DNA of 64,000 nucleotides from Octopus vulgaris (Eukaryota): NCBI GenBank assembly GCA_951406725.2, contig OX597817.1, forward strand, positions 86,304,001 through 86,368,000, in the 5' to 3' direction. The stretch's first letter is position 1. Each line of letters starts with the position of its first letter. Positions 1 through 12,005 of this stretch are shown here, piece after piece. Made by a program: the position numbers and the translations under genes. The notes under the pieces are model-generated. The model searched no databases, was not told where the DNA came from, and saw only the letters and a program-made list of their open reading frames with translations.

Positions 1-823
1 CACATGATTTGGAATATTCTAAAATTTGTACCAAGTGCCTGAAGATATATGATCTGTGTAAGAATCTCAGCACTACGGCTGTTAGTAATTAAAAATAGTT
101 GAATATTCAACATTGTCTTTATAATCATTGAAATCTAGACTGTATAGCTAAGATGAGGCAGTAATAATAATGAAAAACCATTGTCTTTCAGGTCATTGTA
201 AAGGAAATACTTTCCTAATGTGAAGAATAAATCCTTGCAATTAGTCATAAATCGACCTGACTAGTATATTAGTAATAGTATTCTAGTTAGTCACCATTGT
301 TATCATTAAGAAGGTTGGCTTTATTTTTTTTTTGTTAATATATGGCATAGCCTACATGAATTTACAGTGCAGTATATTAACATTCCTTTTGATTCAGTGT
401 CATCTTATATGTAGACCACACAGGCACACTACTAGTTTTCACTTATATGTTCTTTCATATATTCTATTCAGAGTAAAGGGGATTGTCTTGCAAATATTGA
501 TTAACATATGTAATATCAATTCAATTCATCTATAGTGTTCGTTTACAAATTTTAAGTTTAACCATGTTGCTCTGCTTGAAACATCTTTTATATTTTAATG
601 TACTCATTGACAGTTGGAAATGGTCAGATTAATTAGTTGTCTGTCTAGCATCCAAGTAGTTAAACAGTGCAATGTTTACAGTTTCAAAGTTACTTTATTC
701 AGGGTTGCTGAATAAATTTCAGTGCATACTAGCAGCTGTAAGGATATTTTGTTAGTTTGTTTTAATCATTCAAGTCCAGCAGGCCTGGAAGCTGTAATAA
801 ATATCCAGCTCAAGTGTACTCCT

Positions 824-1590
824 CATCATTATCATCATTTAATGTTTTCCATGCTGGCATGGTTTGGATGGTTTGACATGGAGCTAGCAAGGCTGAGAAC
901 AACACCAGGTTCCATTGTCTGTTTTGGCATGGTTTATACAGCTGGATGCCCTTCCTAATGTAAACCACTTTACAGAGTGTACTGGATGTTTTTTATGTGG
1001 TACTGGCACTGACAGGGTCACCAAGTACTTTGAGAGACAAAACCCCCTCAACTGGGAGCAGAGAGTTGTATTGAGTAGGTGTAATTTTGTGCCAGTTGAG
1101 AGATTAAAGGTTTAAAGAGGGACAGATAGATGTCTTGCTATAGAGTAGATACATGAATATCCCTGTTGGGGAAAAAAAGGATAGTGAACTAGAGAGTAAG
1201 ATAAAGCTATAGCGAGAGGGGTGATGGTGAAGATGTCGATACATGACCTTGAGTGACATTTGGGGTGGTGAGAATAAGTGAGGTGATACAGAGGTTTGGA
1301 CTGGGTCTGTGTGCAAGATTGAGGTGACTGTAGCAAATGATGTGAGAGAAATATAGGAGAGTCTTGGGGACAAGTGTTGCAGTTGATATGTGAGGGTTTT
1401 GAGGGTGATAGCTGGTAAGTGTGGTGTTAATAATGGAGAACAGCACAGGGTAGACGTGTAGATGATAGATGATTAGTGGAGACAGTAAACAAGGAAACAC
1501 AAAGGGAAGTGGTTTGAGGTGAGGAAAGAAAAAATAACTGAGAAAGTCAGGGTGGGGATGTAGTATGTGCCTATTCTGCTCTCAGGTAAC
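824..1590 (-). mobile_element. RTE-derived 3' segment / RTE-tailed SINE, degenerate
   Basis: Contains the family motif (plus strand) acagctggatgcccttccta and a (CAT)n tail. 1560-1588 is the reverse complement of 24512-24540, so it is the same family as the copy at 24240-25265. Confidence 0.7.
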
Positions 1591-4500
1591 AGATGAAATG
1601 TATGTGGACGGAAGGTTGATTGAGCAGAGAGGATGGAGTTGAAATTTTTTCCATTTATCTCCCATATTTAATGGTTATTTCAAATCACTAACAATGTTTT
1701 GTCAATTTGAACAGTGAAATAATGGTTAGATAGTTTTTGTGAAATCTTTAACTAACTCATCTTCATTCTAGTCTCTCAAGACACTTGTAAAGAAGGTCAG
1801 CTGCTATTTATAGTTGAGCTATTTTCTATCTTTAAAGAAAAAGCCCATCCTTTGTGTTTTGTCTGTGCTTTAAGAAATGTCTGTTTATGTGTGGTTTAGA
1901 AGTAATACTAGCACATTGTTAATGAAGAGACAGTATGTGAAGGACTCCAAGTTAAAATCAAATGAATAGAATGTGGGTCAGAAAAGGCCACATTGGCACA
2001 TCCTGTAATTTAGTTATGGACAGGAAGCTTCCACTGCAAGTAATATGGTTTAGTTATTGTAAAACAAATTTGTTAATTTGAATACAAATGACATGAAAAG
2101 GTGGTCTTTAGTCCTTGGTTATTGTATCAAAGAAAGGAACCCTTTTGTTTTCACATTCTCTTATATTAACTATATTTAGTGCAGTTAATATTCAGTTTAG
2201 TAGAGAGGCTTGGTGGGCAGGAAGTTTCAGGGAGATACTATTTTGAGCATGGTGAATTGAAAGCCTGTGTAGCTTTTAAAGAACATGTTAGTTGCAGTTT
2301 TGAGATTAGGGAACATTTGGATAATGTCTTGATGAGTCAAATTAATCAGGTGACATGAAATCAGTGTAGATTATTGCAGTGAAGTTCTTTATGCTATCAG
2401 GATAATTCTGAAAATATAAAATTTTCCAAAATTTCTATGTAATATTATTAATCCTAAAAACAATTTGAGTTTGCCTGTATTACTTTATACCCAACTAATG
2501 CTATTCCATTACTAAAAATTGGTAAAGTTTATAAGCAAAATGACAAATTAGGGTGCCCATTAAATATTCTGAATAAGAACATTTTCACAGATGTTCTAAC
2601 TCCTTCAGATGACTTATTACAGTTAAATGTAATTCTGCTCAGACATCTGTGCATCATACTTAATGGATATACACCATTGAAAGGCATGACGCTGTGGTTT
2701 TTGTCTGAAAGAAAATCTCATCATAGAAATAAACAATATAATTTGGAGCAAGGTGAAAATTGTCTTAACCGTGACCTATCAGACTTGTTTGGTGTGGATC
2801 TTCATTAGTACTGTGTTGTTTCTTTTGGGATTTATGAATTTAAAAGAAAACTATTTTTATAGCAATGTAATGTGTGAATAATCGATTGTTTGGATAGACT
2901 GTAAAGAGAAGTGGGTTCTCTGAACTCACGATCTGCCTTAGAATCACTCTTTCTTCACTACTGTCAGTCGTCTTTTACTAGCAAGTAAATCAATCGCTTG
3001 ATTTGGTTATTAGAAAATTCCTTTCCTTCTGTTGTTTTAAGTATTTTGTTGAGAGAGTGAAACTGAATAACAAGACATTTTCTTTACAGAGGTTGTTGCA
3101 TTTATATGAAATTATAAAGGACCTTGTCATTCTAATTAGTAAGAAAGCTAATTTTGCATTTAAATTTATAACTGACAGAAAATATTAAGCAAAAAGTAAT
3201 ATATCTCCAAAATAATTAAATGCAACGAAATATATTTCCTTTAAAATCACATTTGTTTAGTGTTTTTAATATTTTGATTTAATCAGTTTTATTTATTTAT
3301 TTTGTAGAAAAAAGAAATGTGCTTTGTGAATTAATGTCCTGCTAAAGTTTTACTTTCATAGGATCAATCTCTATTTCATATCTGTCTTCCAATTACTAAA
3401 ACTGTCTCTCCTCTATAGTATCATACACTGCTTCTTTTAAGTAACTCTATATCTCTGTTTTCTTTTGATCCATTGTATTTCTTTTGTTTATCTTATTGTT
3501 CTGTAATTTGAATTTCTCTTGGTTCATTGAAGTCCTGCACAGCTTCTGCAACTGTTTCATTTGTAGATTTCTTCTCTCTGATAGCTATTAAAACTTATGG
3601 TTTCTTTTAACTTTCTATTTTCCTCTTTGCTGCTTCTGCTTGTTGGTATCATATCAAAACTTACCATTCAAAACCTTATTACTTCTTTTTAATTTCTGGA
3701 GATTACCATGTCTTCTGTGTAAACTGCTTTGCAGAAATTGTCACTTGTTGTACTCAAGCAAAAATTGTAAATATTCAAAGAATTTGAAATTTCCTTTTTA
3801 GATTCTGTATCTAGAATGCATTTATTTTTGCCAAGTCAGCTGTGTGAAGTCCCCAAGTCTCATATTCATAGGGTGCAGTTGCGGCCATATCTTTCACAGG
3901 TCACTTGAGACCAGTGAGATTGGCACAGTTAATGTTTCTGTTGAACAGTGGCAGCAAAAACATGGGCTTGGAGGGACCTTCAGAGTGTTGACATTTGGTA
4001 AAGGATGGGCTAGTGAAAATGGTTAATGCTAAGCCTGAATTCCTGAAAAGGGTGCATAATGTAAGTGGCAGGAAGAGGAGAGATGAGCAAGTCTGAATGG
4101 GGGATACACAAGACCTGCTTTTTTTTTGACAAGCACTATGCTAGCATCAGAAAAGTAGTGAAGAATCATGCCTGTGAGTCAGAAGTTGGGAGTGTTGACA
4201 AGCAACTTCATGGCATTCAGCTGAATGGACAATTTTTGGATGCACTCAGATATTTAAGTCTGTTGGACCCAGCCAAACTCCTATAAGTCACTTCCTCTTT
4301 TATATCAACCTGAAAAGATGGTGTCTTTAATACTGGTGGTATAACTACATTTGGTTGTGTTATTATTTAACCTTTAAGTTAACTACCATGAAATGAACTA
4401 TACACATCAAAAGTATTATTACAGCTGTGACTTTCTTTTTCTTTCAAACCTACTGTATTCTATATTACAGTATCCAGTTTCATATTTTTAAATGGTACAG

Positions 4501-7125
4501 TATCATTTGACAAAGATTTGGCTGCTATTTTTAGTATGTTGACTCTAAAAATTCCCTCATTGACTTAAGTTATATTATCTAGTCTGCAAGGTGTTTCAGC
4601 TGTGATTGTGCTTTTTTTTTTAGTTTCTATGACTACATTGTGTATTTTTTTTAAGATATTAGGCAATGATTTGAGGGATATTTGACTGCTGTTTCTTTTT
4701 AAAGTTGAGAGATTGTGTAGAGGCTTCTTTAGATGTTAGCTGGCATTGCAAGATCATTTAACATAAATCAAACACTGCTAAATTGGCCTAATGCTGATGA
4801 TAGCTTATTTTCTGATAAATCTAAAGCAAAAAAATTTGTTGTTGTGTCTTATGTTTTAAAACAAAAAAATTCCTAAAATTGGTTTAATTCTTTACATGGA
4901 AATTTTTGGTTATTAGTAAATTTAAATACATTACAGCAAATGTAAAAAAAGTTTTTCTCAATTCACTTGCCTGAAGCTTTTGTAAATTTCTTACGATTTG
5001 CTACAATGAATTGAATACATAGAATTACAGATATGTGAAGTACAAAAACATTTCCAAGTATTGAAAGTTGGAGTATTTATACAAAGTCATACACATATTT
5101 CATGGCCCTGACCAATGGCTTGTAAGAGGGAGTGCAATTTGAATGAGATGTGGCTGCTTTTCTAGAAGGTTAACTGACTATGTTGAAGTTTCCTCATTGG
5201 CCTTGGTTAACTTGTTAGATTCTGGTGCTGGTAGCAGTGGAAGCAAGCAGGGTGGCCTCTGTCTGAACATAACAGCTGCTGTCCCTCCTCTGCTTTTATA
5301 ATTGGTGTTATGCATTCAAGCTTTGAAGCTAGTGATCTAATTAATGGCAAAGCTATTTTTGGTTTGTGGAGAGACTGGGTTCTCTGGAAGGACTGGCATA
5401 ATCCATGATAGATCAAGTGTATTGTTTGTACACCTTAGTGTACAAACAATACTACTTTCAAACATTCTTCCATCTTAAAAATAGATGAATATAGATAATT
5501 CAGTTTTGGATATACCAAAGTGACTACAAGAAGACCAGTAAGAAAACTCCTTTTAGTAATGTTTTATGAATTAGCAACTACTAAGAACATTTTATTTTAT
5601 GATTAAATATTTTCGTGGATTTATTCTGTAAAACTATTATATTGGAGACCTCTTTGATTTGATTGGCTACTGCTTTTCTCATTTTATAGCAGTAAGCAAA
5701 TGAGCCAAAACTTTCACTATTTAGATAGGTAACTTTTTCCTGCAAGAGGAATTGAACTTGCACTGCAAGCCAATAAATCAGTATTTAATTTTTGTAACTC
5801 GACTATTTCCAGCTGTGAACTACACCATCTTAAAGTACTTGTTTAGAGTTAGGTGGACTCTCATTTATTGAGAGGTATGTTGGTTGGGAATACAATATAG
5901 TACTGATAAGTATTAATGTGTCAATCGATTGTCTTATAACATGTTCACTTGACCACTTGTGTTTTCACTATATATAAATAATTCTAAAGGTTAAGGTATT
6001 TATTGCCTTTATTTTCTGAATTTAAATCCCACTGAGATCACTTTGCAGCAGGTTTTTAGATGCCATCTATTTAATATAGGTAGACAGGAAATCAAAGAAA
6101 TTTTACTAAAATATACAGGGTGCACTAGACAGCTGAGAACAGAGCAAGAAAAAAACCCCCACATCAAATATGTGTGTGTGTGTGTGTACATATACCCCCT
6201 TCCTCAGAAAAATGGTGCACATGTTCAATTATATAAAATCCTCTGGTATATTGGGTCCTGCCAAACCTTTCCAGCATTTTTCCTTATTTCATTAATTTTT
6301 ACAATGTTTATGAGAATCTCTCTAATATAAAAAGTTTGAAGTTTGGATGCAGGCAAGCTGTGTTTTTAAGAAGTTCATTTCACAGCAGCATAGTTCTTGG
6401 TTTGATCCCATGTACAACATGGGATTCTATATACAGAAAATGTCAAATAGAAACTGCTGATGGGCATTGTATATATCTCCAAGTGGCTGGGATTTGTATA
6501 CATCAGTGTAAATTGTATGTGGTATTTAAAGTTAAAAGGACATAACTCAAGGTAAACTTAAACATTCAATAAAATGAGTACCCAAATGGGATCTGATCTA
6601 ATTGACTAAGACTCTTGAAGGGCATTCTCCAGAATGGCCACAGTCCAGAGACTGAAGCCAGTAAACAGGAGTGTGAACTCTTGTTTGTTAAGTCCTTATG
6701 TATTTATTTGTTTTTCAATATTAGTTCTCATTCTAAGTTCTTTTGGTTTTAAGCAGTGATTCGGTCATGTTAGTAGTGCATTGTTCAAAAGTACCAGTCC
6801 AGAGCACTGGATTGGCAGAACTGTAAGATTTTTTAACCTGGTGCCTTTGTGGTAGTTCCAGCTCTTTGTGTTCATAGTTTAAATCCTGGCTAGGCCTATT
6901 TGAGTGGAGCCCACTGTGTTGAAAGAATTCAGGCCAGATTTCCAGTTTGACAGTTTGAGGATACCTTTCTCCTATTAACCTAATAATCCCTGTAAATGAT
7001 TGTAGCACTGTCTTCCCTTCTCCTGAACAAAAGAAAAAGAAAAAAAAAGCTAAAAATAGGTATTGATCAACTTAGAACTCTGAACTAATATTTTTTAAAT
7101 ATTCTATTTATTTTACTGTGTAGAT

Positions 7126-7382
7126 CAGTGGTTCTCAACTAGGATCCATATAGCCCTTGGGGATCCATATGAGACTTTTTTGTTAAAATTTATGTGCAAG
7201 AACTTGTTTATACTTTTACAGTTCACAAAATATTTTAGCAATTCTGTTTTAATACAATTCCTAATAATATTTAATCATAAAAATATGATACAATATTTTA
7301 ATCACTGCATGGCTCTGAGGTACCAATAGAATAAAATAGGAGTCAGAAGTGTCCATAGGTAAAAAATGGTTGAGAAACACTG
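7126..7382. mobile_element. hAT (Charlie-type) MITE
   Basis: TIRs cagtggttctcaac / gttgagaaacactg. Flanks gtgtagat / atctagat are a 6/8-matching TSD of the NTCTAGAN type. Confidence 0.8.
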
Positions 7383-7995
7383 ATCTAGATAAAAACTGTT
7401 TCTGCTGCAGACCATCACTCCACTCACAATATAAAAGTTTTTAGATATAAAAAAATATTTAAAAGAATCTTGTCAGTGACTTTTTCTTAGTTGATACTAT
7501 GATTTTGTGGTGGAGAAGGAAAAAAAAAAGTTGATGTTCTGGGCTTAGAGATTCTGCTGGGATTGGCTTCACCTTTCATTCCATTGAGGTTGAAAACCTA
7601 AGTGCTATTTGAGTACAAAGGTTGATTCAATAAACTAAGCCCCATCCCAACAATTTTGTTGCCATGTACTGTTGTCACAAATTATATTCTGTGTGTTTGG
7701 GTTGATAGTTATTAATTCATTTGCCATCTTCAAATTTTTATTCTCCTTGGAAATATGTGAAATTGATCTTTGTAAAATCTTTTTTAAGAAAATTAAATTT
7801 TAAAATGTTTTTCAAATATAATCTTTGTGTATACATTGATTCCATTCTGTTTAAACATTTTGCTAACCATTCATTTTACTCAGATTTTGGCAAAACTTTT
7901 CAAATACTAAATTAAGTTTTAAAAAAATTTCAAAAATAGTTATAATTATACTAATTTTAAAATTTGTTCCAATTTGCTTTTTAATACTTCAAATA

Positions 7996-8018
7996 TAATT
8001 TTATTTTTCTATTTTTAG
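7996..8018 (+). promoter_or_regulatory. 3' splice acceptor ending an intron in the 5'UTR of the Egl-related gene
   Basis: Polypyrimidine tract ttttatttttctatttttAG (AG at 8017-8018), 58 nt upstream of the ATG. It implies upstream non-coding exon(s), which I did not locate. Confidence 0.65.
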
Positions 8019-8076
8019 GGATTCTTTTCAAGACACTTATCTTGATTCCTCATTTGGCTCTTACCAACCTAAAATA

Positions 8077-9918
8077 ATGGCGGAGGATCCAGGTCACAAA
8101 GCTATGTTATATTTCCTTGAGGTGTTGATGAACCACAGCCCTTCACCACTCAGTATTAGCCAGTTGGCTGGTCGCTTTGGCAGTCGAAATTTTACATCTG
8201 AAATGCGGCATGCTGCAGGTGGCAATGAGGCTGGGTTAAAAAAATTCCTGCTTAAATATCCTTCTCTTTTCACTGTAAATGGTAATCTTGTGTGTTTAAC
8301 AGATGGTACTTGTTGGAGTAGTTCAGTAAATAACAATGTTCGTGATAGTAGTCCAGCATCATCTTCCTCAAGTTTCAGTCTTCCTGAAGTATCCATTGAA
8401 ACAGAAGCCGTTCAATATTTTCGTAGCAAATTTCTTAAAAAGGGCGAAAAATGGATGGCTACCAAAAGTCTAGCTGGTCATCTGTCTCAGGCTTCTGCAG
8501 AAATCCGTGAGTGTGTTGGTCCACAGAATGAATTTGAAGACTGGTTGCATAAACATCCTTTAATTTTTGAAGTGAAAGGGGATATTGTTTGTCTTAAGGA
8601 CAATATGGCTTGTAGTCCCTTAAAGTCAGAATCAGACCAGACTGATGATGATGGTAGACAGTTTGCAGGGGACCCTGGTATGCTTTCTATGCCATTGACA
8701 CCTAAATTAAAAAATAGACCTCGCAGCTTAAATATAATGGATGCCAAGCCATTGAAGTCACCTGGCATATTGAGTTCCAAGTCTGGGCCTATGACAATGA
8801 CTGCTAATGAATACAAAGCTGTTATGTTTCTGAAAAATATTATTGAGAAGAAAGGTGACATAAAGCTTAACAGTCTTAGTGGCCATTTTAGTCAAGCACC
8901 AGAGAGTTTGAGGAATACAATTGGATGGAGTAAAACTGAATTGGAAAAATTCTTGAGGCAGCACTCAAACATCTTTGCAATATCTGAAGATGAGACGGTG
9001 TCAGTGATTAAAAATACTCGATTAAATGTTGTAATCACTGGCAGTAAACCAACATGTCCAAATAAACCAACGATTACCAATAGAAAAGGGAAGATATATC
9101 ATGTTGCTAAACTTTGGGGTATCATTGATTTAGGAAGGCATGAACATGTTTTTATTGACCGTTGCATCTTTGGCCGCCATATAGATGATTTGAATAGACT
9201 TTTGTCTGTTGGTGAAACTGTTTGCTTTGATGCTATCCCAGCTCCAAAGGGCAGTCGAGCTAGGTGGCGTGCCACTCGAGTATGGAAGGAAAATGAATCT
9301 ATTGAGGATATGATTGACCGTCTTGCTGAAAGACTCCATTTGCCTTTGGATGGAAGATCCAGAGATCCTGGCACTCCTCTCGGCAACATAGACGATGAAC
9401 TGAAGAAAGTAATTCCTGACTTAAACGACAACAACATCCTCAATTCACCAGTCACTGTGGGAGGTTTGAGGTATGCTTTCTTTGATGCAGCGCCTAGTGG
9501 TGCCGGTGTAGTGCCAGTTTGGAACTTCAAATCTGTGGAATTAGAAGGAATGAAAGACATAGATGATCTTGATCTAAGTGATGAGGCTGGTGGTGATGCA
9601 CAGAATCCTTCTATGGTAGCTGAACGATATTACATGAATCAGTCTGTTCTTGGCGACAGTCCTCGTGATTCCAGATGCCATAATGGTGAAAAAGAACCTT
9701 TCATGAATGGACTGAGCAGCAACACCAATACAATACTTGAGAATGGAGATATGTTAAATGGGCAATCTGCTGATAAATACGGTGCTGATGTTGACTTGAG
9801 CAACGAACAAACTAATGGTAACAATAATAATTGCTGTACAAAGCAAATTGATGCATCGTGCCAGACAATTGTCACTGGGGATATTCTTGCAACACAATTC
9901 TTTCATGAAGGTATTTAG
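8077..9918 (+). CDS. Egalitarian-related RNA-binding protein: 3 Egl-type winged-helix repeats + cold-shock/OB-like domain + C-terminal LC8-binding-like motif (possibly LIN-66-like)
   Basis: Clean 613-aa ORF in a good start context (aaaataATGG). Repeat 1 (AMLYFLEVLM..FGSRNFTSEMRHAAGGNEAGLKKFLLKYPSLF) and repeat 2 (EAVQYFRSK..KSLAGHLSQAS) closely resemble the Drosophila Egl N-terminus as I recall it. aa 336-405 (GKIYHVAKLWGIIDLGRHEHVFID..GETVCFDA..WRATRVW) has a CSD/OB-fold pattern. It ends IDASCQTIVTGDILATQFF. No DEDD exonuclease motifs are visible. Confidence 0.88.
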   Translation: MAEDPGHKAMLYFLEVLMNHSPSPLSISQLAGRFGSRNFTSEMRHAAGGNEAGLKKFLLKYPSLFTVNGNLVCLTDGTCWSSSVNNNVRDSSPASSSSSFSLPEVSIETEAVQYFRSKFLKKGEKWMATKSLAGHLSQASAEIRECVGPQNEFEDWLHKHPLIFEVKGDIVCLKDNMACSPLKSESDQTDDDGRQFAGDPGMLSMPLTPKLKNRPRSLNIMDAKPLKSPGILSSKSGPMTMTANEYKAVMFLKNIIEKKGDIKLNSLSGHFSQAPESLRNTIGWSKTELEKFLRQHSNIFAISEDETVSVIKNTRLNVVITGSKPTCPNKPTITNRKGKIYHVAKLWGIIDLGRHEHVFIDRCIFGRHIDDLNRLLSVGETVCFDAIPAPKGSRARWRATRVWKENESIEDMIDRLAERLHLPLDGRSRDPGTPLGNIDDELKKVIPDLNDNNILNSPVTVGGLRYAFFDAAPSGAGVVPVWNFKSVELEGMKDIDDLDLSDEAGGDAQNPSMVAERYYMNQSVLGDSPRDSRCHNGEKEPFMNGLSSNTNTILENGDMLNGQSADKYGADVDLSNEQTNGNNNNCCTKQIDASCQTIVTGDILATQFFHEGI

Positions 9919-10568
9919 CTCTTAGTTATTCTGTATTAGCTATAGGAGTTAAGTGAAGCAGCAGGGAGGCTATGTACATTTTCTATATTCAGTTTCTAAA
10001 CTCCTTACTTAGATAACTTTATGACATTTAATTTATATCATTATTTAATTTTGTCATTTTTTGTTATCTTCCTCTTAAATCTGTTTTCATTTTTTTTTTC
10101 TTTTAAAGCTATAGTTTTTAATCCAATTTCTTCCCTGCATCTGAGCTAGTACATAAGACATACATACTCTTGAAATACTCTAAGATTTGGCCTCTTTCCA
10201 ATGTTTACCATTGTATCTGTGAAGGTATGGCTGATGTTTACCTGCCTTTTTGGTTTCATGTGCCTTCTAAAGACAAAAATCATCTCGTATGCTTGTTAAC
10301 AACTATTACATTTTTCTTTATGAAAACAAAAGAAACAAAAAAAAATTTAAAAAATAAAATTTTTGAACTATTAAAGCCAAAAAAAAATTTAAAAAGTAAA
10401 CTTTATGCACAAAATAACACTTTGATTAGCAATTTTGAAATGAAAATGTTTCGAATTTCAAAATTTGTATTTAAGATTTTATCCCTAATGAACAATTTTT
10501 TCATTTAGTGAATTGAAGAAATAAAGTTTGTTGCGAAAGTATTCGAAAGAATACTCCCTGAACACTGT

Positions 10569-10606
<38 letters not shown>

Positions 10607-11359
10607 AGAAAAAAAAAAAAAAGACCTGAAATAGCCTGCAAAAGTTAATTCCAACAATCAAAATTACTGATTTTGTAGAATCTTCTTCAAGAGGAAAAAA
10701 AAAGACTTCTTTCAACTGTCAAGAATTTTTAAAGTTGACTATATTTCATGATGGTCTTCTTGTTTGAAAAAGAGCATCATTGATATTGTAAAAGAAAACA
10801 CCACATTAGCAGAATTCACCAATATGTTGATATCTTAATCTCATGGAATTTTCAAACTTCACTATTCTAGCCTGTCTACATCTTAGACAGTTTAATTTCG
10901 GTTGTTCACAATCTAAATGAATCTCAATGAAAATATTTTCGCATTTGCCAAATTATTGGGGTTTATTTTTTATTGCTTTCAAATATCCTTCCCTTCTCCC
11001 ATTCTAAAACTTATGTAAATATTGTTAGTAGACAAATTTTTAATAGAAATCTATATTTCTTCTTACCTTATATTCTTCTAAGAAATTAACATCTTGTTTA
11101 TACTTTAGTGTTAGTCGGTGAACTGTTTTCCATTGACAGGCTAGAGGCATCCTCAGGCATTTTATGAAGGTGCATTTGGCATAATTTCATTTGGAGATGA
11201 GGTTTTAGACTATTTCTTTCAAATAGTTTTTTTTTTTCTCTAGAGAAAGTTTCTTGTAAAGATTTTCTAAACTTCAAATAGAAATAATACAACTTAAGTA
11301 TTTATTGTAATCCATGCTGATGAAACCTTCAGAGACTTATGTCTGAAAGGGAATGATCA

Positions 11360-11451
11360 TACACACATACACGGGTGTGTTATATATATATATATATATA
11401 TATGTGAATGATACAATGCATGTATATATGTATATATAATTTACTGAGAGC

Positions 11452-11482
<31 letters not shown>

Positions 11483-11964
11483 ATATATATATAGATATAT
11501 AATAGTTTTAATACATATGATACAACATATGTATTGAATATACATGTATTATGTATATATATATTTATATTAAATATATTATGTAGATAAAAGTTAAGTT
11601 ACATATAATATACATATATAATAAATGTATGTTTATGTGTATCTGTGTGTATTTATATACATAAATGTATGTTTATATATGTATGAACATATATATATGC
11701 ATATGTATATATGTGTACATGTATGTATCTGCACATGTATGTAGGTATATGAATATATGTATACAAATGTGTATACATGTTTGTGTGTGTGTATATAAAC
11801 ACACACACACATATATATATACATGCATGTGTATATAAATGTGTATGTATATAAAATATGCACATAACTATATATGTATATGTGATATCTATACATGTAT
11901 GTATTGATACTCGCGTGTGTGTGTTATGTATATACGTGCTTTGTGTTTGTGTGTGTGTGTGTAT

Positions 11965-12003
<39 letters not shown>

Positions 12004-12005
12004 TG
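11360..12005. repeat. (AT)n/(GT)n/(AC)n compound microsatellite tract
   Basis: Directly visible dinucleotide runs; these are the source of spurious Y/I/C/H/T-rich ORFs. Confidence 0.95.

Noticed and set aside
8094-9875. Several minus-strand ORFs (62-153 aa) overlapping the 613-aa CDS
   Set aside because: Antisense shadows of the real CDS, with no recognisable motifs.
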